64,000 nucleotides of DNA from Torpedo marmorata (GCA_977017645.1 OZ360223.1:99014001-99078000); one strand, 5' to 3'. Shown: positions 13,130 to 26,354, counted from the stretch's first letter. Numbers and translations are program-made. The notes: generated by a model from the letters alone, not told the origin.

Positions 13130-13750
13130 TTGCCTCTGTATTCCTTGGGGTTTATAAGAACGAGAAGTGACCTTGTTCATACACACACAATCCTAAGAGG
13201 GTGTGACATGGTAGACAAAGTCCGCGGATGCTGGAATCTTGAGCAAACGATGAGGTGCTGGGGAACTCAGCGGGTCAGACAGCATCCATGGGTAGTCAAC
13301 GTTTTGGGTCTGCTTCGGTCCATTTATCTCGACTTGATTGAGTCTCGATCAAGGGTCCCAAGGGTTCCAAGTCGAAACATTTATCTGACCATTTCTACCC
13401 ATGTGATGCTGCCTGACATGCTGAGTGTTTCCAGAACCTCATTGTTTGTGATTGATGGGGTAGATGTTGAGATGTTTCCATCAGTGGGACAGTGGTGAAG
13501 AAGGGGACAAATAGCTACAAGATAGGGGCTCGTCAAGTGAGGTGCAGAGAAATTTCTTCTCTCAGTGGGTGGTGAATTTAATATACGTTTTTGAGGTGGG
13601 GTTGGAGAAATTGTTCTAAGATTGATGAACTGAAGGTTATCGGGAACTGGCACAGAAGAGGAGTTGAGGCCAGCAGAGGGTAGCTGTGATGGTATTCAAT
13701 GGTGGGGCAGGCTTGAGGGGCCGAGTGGCCTCCTGTCCCTATTCTCTCGT
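13130..13750 (+). mobile_element. CR1 3' fragment interrupted by a Penelope-derived hairpin element (~13215-13450)
   Basis: CR1 reading continues on both sides; inner arms gaactcagcgggtcagacagcatccatgggtag / ctacccatgtgatgctgcctgacatgctgagt are inverted. Confidence 0.7.
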
Positions 13751-13828
13751 GTTTTTGTTGCTTTTTCTGCCAGGAAAGCTTAAGGGCACCCCTTCAGCTT
13801 GTTGAAGCGGTGAAATAATAGTGAATGA

Positions 13829-14075
13829 ACGGTTGGTGTAGCGGTTAGCGCAACGCCTTTACAGCACCAGCGATCGGGACCGGGGTTCGAATCCCGCGCT
13901 GTCTGTAAGGAGTTTGTACGTTCTCTCTGTGTCTGCATGGGTTTTCCCCGGGGGCTCCAGTTTCCTCCCACCGTTCAAAATGTACCGGGGGTGTAGGTTA
14001 ATTGGGTGTAAATTGAGCAGCACAGACTCGTGGGCCGAAATGGCCTGTTACCGTGCTGTATGTCTAAAGTAAAGT
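13829..14075 (+). mobile_element. Young V-SINE
   Basis: CpG-rich, B box ggttcgaatccc, V domain; ends ~20 bp from the exon at 14096. Confidence 0.9.
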
Positions 14076-14095
14076 AAAAAATGTTTGGTACTTAC

Positions 14096-14230
14096 TAATG
14101 GAACAAATCAAATCCAGAAACCTCTCCTTGGGGAAGAGTGGATTTTCCAGGCCTCGGAAGTACAGCTTCAGGACCCCGGCTACCGAGTTGATATCATGCT
14201 CGTTGTGATTGTCCACAAGAGGGTCCTCTC
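14096..14230 (-). CDS. SRGAP3: SRGAP3 exon (~15), (G)EDPLVDNHNEHDINSVAGVLKLYFRGLENPLFPKERFLDLICSI
   Basis: 135 nt; aaaccAG / GTaagt; RhoGAP VAGVLKLYFR motif. Confidence 0.95.
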
Positions 14231-14569
14231 CTGGTTTGAAAGGGAAAGGCTTTTGTAAGTTGAATGGTTCACTGGCTCTTGTAATACAGACAAACGAGTA
14301 CTGCTCCAGGCTGCAACAAGAAAGTCCGGATATCTGCTAACCTAAATTAACTGTCAAAACAGATCCAATGTCCACCTCTCCTGGGCTGGCACAGTTTTCA
14401 CCCTGTGGGCTTGAGCCTAATGCTCAGTGTTGTCCATTCTGGGCCTGCGGGGCGTAGATAGGATGCGATACAAGAGAGGCCCCAGGACATTAAACGGCCA
14501 CTGTCACAAAGTGATAATGTTGAATGTCTGTCCTTTCTGGCCTCCTGTTAAAATACCCTCCAGAATAAG

Positions 14570-15870
14570 GGGAGGTTGGACAAACTAAGGTTGTTTTCTC
14601 TGGAGGCTGAGGGGAGGCCTGATAGATGTTTAAAAAATTATGAGAGGCTTTAATAGGGCAGGCAGCCAGAACCTTTTTCCCAGGGTAAAAATGTCAAGTA
14701 CCAGGGCACATGCATTTAAAGTGAGTAGGGGAAGTTTAAGGGAGATGTGCAGGGAAAGTTATTTCACACAGAGAGTGGTGGGTGCCTGGAACGGGCTGCC
14801 AGGAGTAGTGGAGGAAGCAGATACAATCGTGGCATTTCAGAGACTTCTAGATAGACACAGGAATATGCGAGGGGAGGCTACCGGCCCCTATCTTGAAAAC
14901 TTTTTATCGGAGCACAATTGAGAGTGTCCTGTCTGGCTGCATCATTGTGTGGTAAGGTAGTTGCAAAGCATCGGACCGGAAGTCAATAGGATCATCAAAA
15001 TGGCCGAGAAGATCATTGGGGTCTCCCTTTCCTCTATTGACAACATTCACCGGGAGCATTGCTTAAATAGGGGTCAAAGAATTATAGAAGTCCTTTTCCA
15101 TCCAGCACACTGTATCTTTGAGCTACTACCATCAGGAGGGAGGTAAAGGAGCATCAAAATCAGGACTGCCAGGCTGGGAAATGGCTTCTTCCGCCAGGTT
15201 GTGACATTGATAAACAGTATCCTGTAATCCAGTAAATCATTCAAAATGATTTATATATATTAATTTAAAATTATATCTTTATGTATATATGTGATTATTA
15301 TGTATTGTGTATGTATGTGTGTGTACCATGGTCTGGAGAAACACTGTTTCGTCATGTTGTATATGTACAGTCAGATGATAATAAACTTGAACTTAAGATG
15401 GACCTGAGGGACATTTTCACTCAGGGTGGTTTGTATCTGGAATAGGCTGCCAGAGGAAACTATAGATGTGGGCACAAGGTTCAAAAGACATTTGGACAGA
15501 TATATGGATAGGAAAGACTCAGAAGCATATGGACCAAACGCAGGTAAATGGAACTGGTCCAGAAGGCCAGCTAGGATGGCATGGACATGTTGGGCTGAAT
15601 GGCCTGTTCTGTGTTCTGGCGCTGAGGCTGGGAAATAGCTTCCTGCAGGCTGTAAGGTTGATGAACAATATCCTGTAACCATAATCAAACCATAACTGTA
15701 ATGATACTGTAATCATCCCGAAATATTTATATATTTATTTAAAATGATATATTTTTATATACATGTGATTAATATGTACTGTGTATTGTGTGTGCATGTG
15801 TGTGCACCGTGGTCCAGAGAAACCCTGTCTTCTTGGATTGTATATGTACAGTCAGATGATAACGGCAAGA
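14570..15870 (+). mobile_element. Cluster of CR1 (14570-14875, 15395-15615) and Rex1 (14900-15394, 15620-15865) 3' ends
   Basis: FTQRVVGAWN; HPAHCIFELLPSGGR; aataaacttgaactt tail. Confidence 0.8.
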
Positions 15871-17837
15871 GCAGCAGTTGAATTGATCACATCATGGCCT
15901 GGTAAAAACACAAAGATGCTGGAGGAACTCAGCCAGTCTCGCAGTGTCCATAGAAGGTAAAGGTATCTCTGTGTTTTTACTACAATCATAGCGTCTGCAG
16001 ACTTTCATGTTTCACATCATGGCCTGGGTCTATATTACCATCAAACGGGGGGGATTCTCAATGAGCAGTGAGGTCAAGAATGCTGACACATGAGTCGCTA
16101 TCCTTTTGAAGTTGGACTACATCCATGCCATCCTTAAACGCAGTGTGCAATGGCTCCCACAATCAACTGAGCAGATCAAAGCTCTGCTTACCTGCTGGAC
16201 CCAGTTGGCAGGTTCAATTAGTGTGTGACAGGAGGAGGTGGTTCCTCAGTCAGGGCGGAATCTTGCATGTTGGAACCAAAGACGAGGATGAAGTGATGGC
16301 ATCTACCCACTGTCAGAGGTGCTGAGTAAATGATCCACCTCAGCTTCTGCCTGAGATCACCATCAGCATAAAAGCCGATCTTTGGTTCCCTTCTCACAGC
16401 AACTTGTCCTCAGAGCAGCTAAGCACTACAGCCAAGATGGACACCACCATCTCGACTCGATGATAAACCTCTGATTCCCCTATTGCTGCTAGCACAAGCT
16501 CAAGAGCTTTCAACCATGAGACTCCATAAGGCAGCTCCCTGACCGTGGCCACATACGGGAGGTTATCAGATTCCTTGCGTCCATACACGAGGCTACGGTC
16601 CCTGCTCTGAGCTCAGTCCTCTGCTATCTGACCTTCGGCCTTGGGAATTTCCTGGGCCCCATGGGTGCAGGGGGTCTCTCCTTTTCTCTACCTACTCCAG
16701 AGGCGTGACAATCGGCTGCTCACTCTCTGCCCTACGTCCAGCAACCTTCTACAACTAGGGGAGTGACTGTGGCCATACTCTCCGGAAGAAACAGTGGCAT
16801 TGAGCTCAAATCGTAACATAATTTCACTGTCAGTGTCCTCTTCCAGGTCAAAGGTTATTAATTTGTGATATTAACCGTTTCTCCACAGATGCTGCCTGAC
16901 CTGCTGAGTATTTCCAATATTCTCTGATCTTATTTCAGATTTCCAGCATCTGCCGTATTTTACTTTGACAGTGATCCCAACATATTCCCAGTGCAATCCA
17001 ATTTTTCCTGCTGCAACTTTCAGCCGATGCAACAATTCCAGGCTAGATCGATTGTAGCAGCTATTTCCATGGTCAGGGTCACCCTGAACCACAAGAAAGA
17101 TTTAAAAATGATCTGAAGGGCACCTTTTTCACGCCAAGGCTGGTGTGGAATGAGATGCCAGAGGAAGTGGTAGAGGAGCGGTCAATTGTGACATTCAAAA
17201 GGAATTTAGTCAAGTACACGGATAGGAAAGGCTTAGAGGAATACTGGCCGATCGCAGGCCTAATGGGAATAGCTTGGTCAACATGGACAAGTTGGGCTGA
17301 AGGGCCTGATTCTGTGCTGTAGGACTCGATGACTGTTGTGAAACTTCAAAGTTGACCAAATAAATGCCAGGAGTTAAAACGATTTGCCTATATGTTAAAA
17401 CGTTAGGAAACTGGTTGGAACATTGTCATGAATAATCTTTTTACCTATTGTTTGCTTACCACATGATTTTCTGTGACTTCTTAAATTCAAAATGCTGCCA
17501 GAATGTGGCAACTCTTTTGGAGAGCTGCCTGAACAGCACAGAAAACTAAGGTTTTCACTGTATCTCTGTACGCGTGACAATAAACTGAACTGGCCAACTC
17601 ACATTCTCCCTGTATATTTACTTGAATGTCACAATTCAGACCATCGATATATTGAGAGAAACATGAAAGTTTGCAGACGCTGTGATTGTTGTAAAAACAC
17701 AGAAATGCTGGAGGAACTCAGCCGGTCTCGCAGCGTCCATAGGAGGTAAAGATATATAACCGACATTTCGGGCCTGAGACATTCAGACAAGTTGAACAAA
17801 GTTAAGCCCCAGGACGGACCAGGCATCTGAAACTAAC

Positions 17838-17915
17838 CTCTCTCAAAAGCATTCTTGATGTCATTGACTTCACTCTGAGAACCTGGAACTCGGAAGATGC
17901 CCTGTTGTTGTAAAC
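17838..17915 (-). CDS. SRGAP3: SRGAP3 exon (~14), (G)LQQQGIFRVPGSQSEVNDIKNAFER(G), RhoGAP arginine finger
   Basis: 78 nt; ttttcAG / GTtagt; GIFRVPG motif intact. Confidence 0.95.
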
Positions 17916-19089
17916 CTGAAAACAAAATGGTCATTTTAACTCTGAAATCCATAACTGACATGACCAGCTATTATTCAATTAATTTCATCAACTGTATACA
18001 GCAAAACTTATATTGAATGATGCTGGGTTTTTCTTTCTGTGATAAATCCAACAATTTGGTAAACCAGAGAAGAATCACCATTGTACAGATCTATTTATTG
18101 GAAGAGGACAGTTCTTACATCTACATTTCCACATTTCCTTGTGACCTGGGCCATTCAGCTCATTAACTCTATATCAGGTCTCAGAGCAATCCTAATTTTC
18201 CCCGTAACCTCTTCCCACCACATTTCCATCTCTTCCACCACCCATTCACAGTGTGTGCAGTTTATAGGGGCCAAATGACCTCCCAACCCCCATGTTTGTG
18301 GGAGGAAACCGGAGCAACCGGGGGAAACCCATGTGGTCACAGGGAGAGTGTGTAAACTCCACACAGAGAGCACCAGAGGTCAGGAATTAACCCCGGTGTC
18401 TGGCGCTGAGAGGCAATTACTCTACTAGCTGTGCCTCCGTGCTGCCCAAACACAATACAAAGACAAAATATTTATTAACAACTACCATTTATTTATTCCC
18501 TGTTATAATTTCATCTGCGTCCACATCCAAGGGACCCATATTCATCTTTCCTGATCTCTTTCACTTTGCATCACATAAAGGATACAAAGAACTTGTGGGC
18601 AACCGTAGGGATCTAATAAGAGTGTGACGTTTAAATTAATTAATATTTATAGAGATTAATTGGTATGAAAAGCTTACAACCCCCAGGGCCTGATAATCAA
18701 AGTGTTAAGGTTTTAAACGTGGAGGGTGTTTTGATCTTTATGAATTTTTCTCTATTTTAGAATGATCGCCATGGATTGGAAGTGGAGAAACATAATCTTG
18801 GTGTTGCAAAGTGTGGGCGAGAGTTTGTCAACCACTCCGTTTGACATCAGCTGAAATTACTTCAGCGTTCCGACTGTTCGAGTATCAGGAACTCGCCCTT
18901 ATGGAATTCACCAACCACTGCCTGAAGACTTGAGATGCGGAATAAAATTTGCTCTCATGGAAAATCAACAATTTTCTTTTCACCTTGCGTTTCTTGATGC
19001 ACGAGAGATGACGTGGCTTTGCGTTACAGGAAATTGCAAGGCAAATCTTTTTTCTGGGAAAGCAACCCCTAATACCTGTATTGTAAGGA

Positions 19090-19341
19090 TTTTAAAATTT
19101 TAAATTTAGACATACAGCATGGTAACAGGCCATTTCGGCCCATGAGTCCGTGCCGCCCAATTTACACCCCATTAACCTACACCCCCGGTACGTTTTTGAA
19201 CGGTGGGAGGAAACCGGAGTCCCCGGAGAAAACTCACGCAGACACGGGGAGAACGTACAAACTCCTTACAGAGAGCGCGGGATTCGAATCCTGGTCCGGT
19301 CCCGATCGCTGGCGCTGTAAAGGCGTTGCGCTAACCGCTAC
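19090..19341 (-). mobile_element. Young V-SINE
   Basis: Close reverse complement of 13829-14075. Confidence 0.9.
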
Positions 19342-19458
19342 TGAGTATTACTGAGGATGTGGTGACTGCACCTAAAGTTATAATAGTCGGGATCAACAGT
19401 ATCCTATGAAAGGGAAATATTATTTGTCAAATCCAATATGATTGTTTCAAGCTTAATA

Positions 19459-19679
19459 CAGTAAAACCCCAGTTATCTGGAATTCAAGCAACCGGCAGCC
19501 TCAAGCAACCGGCAAAAAATTCGAAGAAAATAAATAGGTAAAAAATATGTAAGTTTAAAACTGGCGCACCTCGCCATTAGTTCGCCAATCACGCAACACG
19601 CAATCTCAAGCAACCGGAAAATACACTTATCCGGCATCAACCAATCCCCGTAGGTGCCGGATACCAGGGATTTTTACTG
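19459..19679. mobile_element. Tc1/mariner (Tigger-like) MITE, 221 bp
   Basis: TA-CAGTAAAACCCCAGTTATCTGG ... CCGGATACCAGGGATTTTTACTG-TA; internal TCAAGCAACCGG repeats. Confidence 0.85.
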
Positions 19680-19973
19680 TACATAGAATGGAGAACAAGT
19701 GGTTGTATTAAATTTGGACTTTCAGAAGGCATTTGATAAGCATCAAGAGGAGTTTAGGATACACGGGGTTGGTGTAATATTTTAGCACAGTTTGAGGATT
19801 AAGAGGGAAAGCAGAGTGGGAACAAACGCTGTTTCGTCAGATGTACAGTCAGATGATAAGAAACTTGAACTTGAATGGGCCATTTTCAGGACTGGAAAGT
19901 CAGTGCTTGAGCCTCAGCTAATTATGGCGTTGGTCAATGGCAGATAAGTATTTTTTTTAAATGAATAAATTAC

Positions 19974-20034
19974 CATAAAGGTTGATGAATCGAACACAGC
20001 TCTCCACCACAAGCGGGATGGGTTGTCCGGAATC
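19974..20034 (-). CDS. SRGAP3: SRGAP3 exon (~13), start of RhoGAP, DSGQPIPLVVESCVRFINLY(G)
   Basis: 61 nt; tttaAG / GTaatt. Confidence 0.95.
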
Positions 20035-22899
20035 CTTAAAAACAAGAGGGAGATTGTCAGGAATTGGGAGACATTGCAGCAAAACCCCAGGCAGGCAGAG
20101 ACAGAGCAGGAGCTGAACACAAAGCAGCGGGTGGGGGCGGGCTGGGGCTCTCCTGGTGAACTCCATCTGTGCATCTCTACGGCCAATCAGTGCCGGCTGG
20201 TGATCCGAGAGCAATACTCACTAGTTCAGGAAGTGTCTGACCTCATTCTCCAACCACAGAGCCCTCCAGAGTGTCCCATCCAACAGCTCCAGCACTGGGG
20301 CTATAAACGTGCCACAGTCTCTCAGAACTCTTCGAATAAGCTGCCTCAACCCTATCTCTTTTAGAGAGAGAGAGTTCCACAGAACAGAAGCAGGCTGTTC
20401 GGCCCAACTTGCCATGCTGCCCAAACTAGCTCCATTTGCCTACATTCGGCCCATATCCCTCTAAGCGTTTCCTAGCTGTGTACTTGTTCTTTTTGTTCAA
20501 GTTATACATCTGACATTTGTGGAGGGTGACTTCCCATTGGGAGATGGATGCTGAAGGGAAACCCAGAGACTGCCACTCACCCACTGTCAAAGTACCTGTG
20601 ACTAGGGCAACTCTAATGCTTTGATTTGAACTAGGATGCTAGAGAGAGAAGGGTAACTCTTAGCTCTACTCTGCCAATCCCAGATGCATTTAAGGCAAAG
20701 GTGGAAAGAGAAAGGAACAGAAGGATGCCGGGGCAGGCAGAGATGAATTAGCGTGACTGCAGACTGCCATGCATCTTGAGCACTCGCAAAGAGCTGTGGA
20801 GCAGAATTGACTCTGCTTTTGTGTGTGAAAACAATGGAAACAGTGTTTCTCAGAGAGGCAATGTTTTTCAGAAGGAATAAAATGCATTCCTTGTGTTGGG
20901 AGGGTTTCCAAATCACGAAATGGCTTGCAGACACTGTTGTTACGCAAGGAAGGAACCTCCACATCAGGAAGGTGGCGTCATTATGGAACACAGCCAATCC
21001 TTTCAAAGAGGTGAGCGAAGTTGGGAGGGATGTTGATGAGAGGTGAATGGGTGGAGATACTATAGCTGACTGGGGCATGGAGGTCCATATAGCACAGAAG
21101 GGGACTATTCGGACTCTACCACCTACTCAGGAGTGAGTGAGTGAGTGTGTGTGTGCTTGTGTGCGCGCGTGCATGCAATCACACTGTTCATGTGGAAGGT
21201 TTTGAGTGCGGGGCTTGGAGAGCTGTGGCCCCGCACAATCTCCCTATGATATTGCCTAAACATCTGACATGAAATTAAAAAGTTTTATTTGTTTGAAAAA
21301 AAATTCTGCTCACAGCAGATCAACAAAATAATAAGCCCGCTAATTCAAAGGATATGTGCAATAAATTCAAATGAATTAATATTTCTGTGTTTTACTTCTC
21401 AATTCAAATGAATGTTAATGAGCCCCTGGACATTTCAGTGGGAGAGATATTGCAGCAAAACCAGGAATGAGATGAATTTGTTAAATTAAATAGATTTCAT
21501 TCTTGTGTGTGTCCATGGTGCTGCAGGATGGTAATGAGTTCTGTCTCTGTGCTGGGTGTGGTGCAGTTTCTGAAAGGGATAGAAAGTAATAGGATTCCTG
21601 TAGATACAGCTAACTGACACCGTGTCTGTACTGTTGCTCACTGTCCTGTTCCTGTCACCCTTCATATGTCCCAGGTCGGATTTTGCTTTTATTTCAGTGG
21701 CCTGTTGCCATTGGTAACAGCAGAGCAGCCTGCAGTTGAGAACAGGCCAGAGACTCAACTCTCTCTGCCTTGTGGGCTGCTGAAAGGGCTGCCTCTACCC
21801 CTCACAATCCCTCATGCTACGGCCCATCCTTCACTTAAACACAGGTAGCTCTGATTTACAAGGGTGATTCGTTTCCGGATACACAACCCTCCATCATCTC
21901 CAATGGACGCAGTGGCTGAATTAGCTGGGACAGAATTTGATTCCCAGTCTGCTGTGGGGAAGAGGATCTAATTCGAGTTAGAGAGGGCAGGATCACCTTG
22001 CCTGAAGTTCCATCACAAGTTGACTCCTCCTGAGTTTGTGGTGGGGGGGGGGGGGTCAGGAGTGAGATGGTTATGATATCAAAACCTTTCGCTATTCATA
22101 CCCAGTACTTACCCAAGCCAGCCAACAACCAAATGGTCGACTCAACTGTCCACTTAAGCAGTTTAACAATCCACCCTGTTGTATCAAAGTGTTACACAGG
22201 GCAATCACAGATGAGCAATAAATGCTGGTCTTGCCGGAACACCCACATCCTGAGAATTAATTCGAAAACCCACGGTTCAGTGGATGAATCTTCCCGTTTC
22301 CATGGAATCGGGAGGCCCCAGGTCTGATGCGGACCGGTGCTGTTGGCAGACCTTCATCCACATTTGTTTATCGTAGAAATACTGATTCTTAGTGAATTCA
22401 GCAAAGGAACAGCAAGATCCCCCAATTTATGTCATAAATGACCAGATGTTCTATTGGTGCTTTTAATGGAGGCCAAGACATCTGGAAGAAGTCCTGTGTG
22501 TGTGTTTTGTTTTTGTTTTAAAGTAAGGAGGGATTTTGTTTAAATTCTCACCAGATTGGGAGTAGGTCAGGCTGTAGAACTGGAATACGAGCCCCTAAGT
22601 TGGGAGTCTGAACCCTTGACATTCTGGCTGAACTGGTGAGAACTTAACAACTCACCAGGCCTGGCAACATGAGGGAATAAACTGGCATGGGTTGCTGCAG
22701 GGATGGTGAAAGAGTTGGTAAATGTTAGCAGATCCTGAAGTACCGCTTGGCTGTGGGGCAAGAGCAAAGGATAGGCTTTGCTCCACAAAATGCCAGCACC
22801 ATCTCAAAGGGCCAAATGGCCTCACCTGTACAGTTCTAATTCTATAAACTCTGCACCTTTACCCTTTATACTGTTATCCTTAGATCACTCAACAATTCT

Positions 22900-23180
22900 G
22901 GCGGGGGAGTGTTGGAAATTATCAAAGGTTACAGCGTAGCAAACCGCAAGTAGCTCCTCTCCCATCCCAGGTGGATGTCACTGATCCTAGTGGTACTGTT
23001 TCAAAGGAGGTAAATATCTCTGATGCTCCAGCCAACATTTATCTCCCAACCAAGTACTAAACATAGATCACTCGGTCACCATCCCCACAATTGTTGGTGG
23101 GAACTTGCACCAGTAGGAAGCCATCTGTCCCACATTACCTCAACGACAATACTTCAGAAGCACATCAATGGATGGCAAGT
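22900..23180 (+). mobile_element. Old Deu-domain SINE
   Basis: caggtggatgtcactgatcctagtggtactgtttc...gccaacatttatctcccaacc...acattacctcaacgacaatacttcagaag. Confidence 0.65.
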
Positions 23181-23699
23181 AGATGGAAGCACAAAAGGGT
23201 CTCTCCCTCTAAGCCTCGTCCCAATTAACCTTAGGTGTTGACTTCATTGATCCTTCCAAAGTAACTGTGATCTTAGTCCTCACCTATTTTGTAACACCTC
23301 GCATACTCCTTACTGACACATCCCCTGGTACTGCTGAAAACACATTAAAATCTCCCCTTTCCTAAAGAAATCAAAACTATTGCACAGAAATTCCAATCTG
23401 GCCTGTCAGGGGCCATTTCAATCATCATTCTGCTGCATTCAAATTTATTGGAGGGACTTGCAAGTTTTCCCCCTTGAAGGTACAACGTTGGGTTCTCCTC
23501 ACCCCAGGCCGTGTTCGGGAAGGCCAGTCCCGGGCCCCGAGAGGCTGATGATGGGTAGGCCCAAGATCAGCGAGTCAACCTCAATTCATTGGTGGGACGC
23601 CAGGAACCTTTTGTGTGGGATGGGAGTGGTAGAGGGTAGGAGAGAAAAATAATGCACCACCTGTTGAGTTTTGGGGAAGGGGTGGTGGGGAGTGAGAGA

Positions 23700-24325
23700 A
23701 ACTGTGCAGCACCTAATGTGGGATATAGGGAATGGGGGCAGTACCTGTTGTGGGATAAAGGGAATGGGGGCAGTACCCGTTGTGGGATAAAGGGAATGGG
23801 GGCAGTACCTGTTGTGGGATAAAGGGAATGGGGGCAACATCTAATGTAGGATAAAGGGAATAGGGGAAGCATGTGATGGGGGAAGGTAATGGAGGCAGCA
23901 CCTGTGGATGGGGGAAGGGAATTGGGGCAGCACCTGTGGATGGGGGAAGGGAATTGGGGCAGCACCTGTGGAGGGGAAGGGAATGGGGGCAGCACCTATA
24001 TAGGGGGAAGAAAATGGAGGCATCACCTGCGGTGGGGGGATGGAAATAGGGCAGCACCTGTGGTGGGGGAAGGAAATGGGGGCAGCACCTGTAGTTGGGG
24101 GGAAGGGAACGGGGCGGTGCCTGTGTTGGAGATGGGAATGGGGGCAGCACCTGTGGTGGGGGAAGGGAATGGCTGTAGCACCTGTTGTGGGGGGAAGGGA
24201 ATTGGGGCAGCACCTGTTATGGGGGAAGGGAATGGGGGCAGCGCCTGTGGTAGGGGGAAGGAAATGGGGGCAGCACCTGTGGAAGGGTGGAGGAAATGGG
24301 GGCAGCACCTGTGGTGGGGATGGGA
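23700..24325 (+). repeat. G-rich minisatellite, ~32-bp unit (gggaatgggggcagcacctgtggtgggggaa)
   Basis: About 19 tandem units with multiple G3-G5 runs and CACCTG. Confidence 0.95.
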
Positions 24326-24883
24326 GTTGCTTCGTAATTGAGTGTCGAGGTACTAGTCCTCTGCCCCTTATGACCGCTCCTATAGTTGCAGTGTGACAAG
24401 GGATAGACAGAGCAGGTAGAGAATAACCCCCCCACCCCACGCACTCAGTCGGGACAGTGGATGAACGGATGGCATGGGGAGGGGGAGAGCTGGTCTCTAC
24501 GATTAGGTAAGGTCCCGTGACATTGTTAGGCCTGATCCCAGCAGCAACACACCATTTCTATGAGGGATCGACTAGCGCGTTGAAACAGAAGAAGGATTTT
24601 GTAAAATTAAGCTGTGGCAGAGACCTTTAAAAGTCAGAGGCATCCAGTTAATGTTGCACTAACCTCGAGGTGAGGACATCACCAAAGTGATCTGCGATTA
24701 CTGAGGTCTGACTGTAACATCAAGTTGGCGTGAGATGGGGATGGTGAGGGGTTCCTTCAGACTCAAGCCTGCCCCTCCTCTTCTCACCTCACCCCTACTC
24801 CTTGTGAGCAAGCACTCCCACGGAAGAGAACTCTGCTTCCCAAGAGTTCTTCTGGTAAGGTGTAGAATAAAGGTGGACAGGAT

Positions 24884-24886
<3 letters not shown>

Positions 24887-24933
<47 letters not shown>
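24887..24933 (+). repeat. (CA)n microsatellite
   Basis: Direct observation. Confidence 0.97.
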
Positions 24934-24937
<4 letters not shown>

Positions 24938-25291
24938 CTACTTTCTACTTTCTACATTTTTACAACATCTTTCAATCAAGCAGAATTTTTAATTTTACTG
25001 CCCCAGTGTTTTTTAATCCTTACTTGCTTGCCACATTGTCTCCAGGGCATCCTGAGCTCCTGATGAAGAGGCTCCTACAATGTGGTTGAAGGCTAAGTAG
25101 CTCTCCCCTTAACTTGTTGACACTTGATTGCTGGCTCATCAATCATCGGAGGGTTATAACAGCACCATGGAAAGCGGTCCTGATCAACATGATGCAAAAC
25201 CTGTGGGGACACTCCCCTCCTCCCCGCAACCACCTCCCTTCCCCCACCGCAGCCAACTCCCTTGTCTCAGAAACTGTCTCATGGTGTATAC

Positions 25292-25322
25292 CTGAATCCT
25301 TGTTCGAGCATTCCTTCTTCCT
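25292..25322 (-). CDS. SRGAP3: SRGAP3 alternative exon 12b (short), (R)GRRNARTRIQ
   Basis: 31 nt; gctaacAG / GTatac; same phases as 12a; resembles recalled short human isoform GRRNARTRNQ. Confidence 0.85.
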
Positions 25323-26354
25323 CTGTTAGCAGCAAGGCAAGAGAAAAAACATAGATGAAGCAAAGAATAAAAGTAAGTTTCTTGTGATCCCATTGAGATC
25401 TCAGGACAGGGTGGAGAAGCTGGAATGCAGTGGCAGCTTATTGGATTTGGGGCTGTGGGCACCTCCAGTGTTCCTGGTGTTAGATTATCAGTTCTTGAAA
25501 ACCAGCAGCGTTGTCTTTCAAATCAAAATAATTGCCTTTTCTTGATGGAAACGCGTTCCTAACTGACCTATAAATGGCTTCAGCCCCACAACAACCTTCA
25601 ACATCGATGGAAAGGGGCTTGCAAAATCACCCATGTGCCGAATGCGACTATGTCCATATCTCAAGATCTAATACAGACATGAAAGATGGTTGATTTGTTC
25701 TTTAGTAAAGCAAAATTAGCAGGTTGGGACTGTGCTGGGTTAATTCATCCTTAATTGGGCAGGACTCGTAGGTTGGAGATGGGAGAGAGTGAATCACAGT
25801 GAAGCAACTCCCCGACATGAAGGGTGCCCATGGTGAGGTGCTGGATTATGAACATGTAGGCCAAGAGGGCATTCCAGGTTGTCAGCTAGCATCAGGCAGT
25901 CAACCAAGTCAACACACCCCAAGAACAGATTCAAATGGAAAGAATTGTGTCTGCAAGGAAGCTACAGAGGAAGGGGCTCGAAACAGAGGTTGTTACAGTG
26001 CAGGGAAGCAGAGAGAGTTGAGCTTGGGTCCAAGACACAAAGTAATAAGTTTCTGAGTTCAATGCCGTCGAGACAGATGGGAGTAAAATTAGACACGATC
26101 AACAATGAGGAGAACTTTCTACCTGGTTCCTGCTGCGTAGTCTTGAGCTAATTATGTCCAGTCTGTTTGAGTTTACAAAACAAAATCCCTTTGCTTTTCT
26201 GCTCTCCCTCTCATAGCAGTTGAAAGATTTGCATAATCATTGTTTAATTGTCTGCTTTACACAGAGCTAACATGACCTCCCTGCTTTTGTGTTTGCTCAC
26301 TGGTTCCACCCCAGGAATCCATGGGAGCTATTAATTCCCACTCTTGGTGGGAAT

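Noticed and set aside
13829-13905. tRNA gene (A/B boxes, GGTTCGAATCCC)
   Set aside because: It is the tRNA-derived head of a multi-copy SINE that continues into the V domain.
23544-23572. Hairpin GCTGATGATGGGTAGGCCCAAGATCAGC with a C-box-like TGATGA
   Set aside because: No D box or terminal stem, antisense to the host gene, and short enough to be chance.
23567-24444. Proline-rich and glycine-rich ORFs
   Set aside because: Minisatellite translations.
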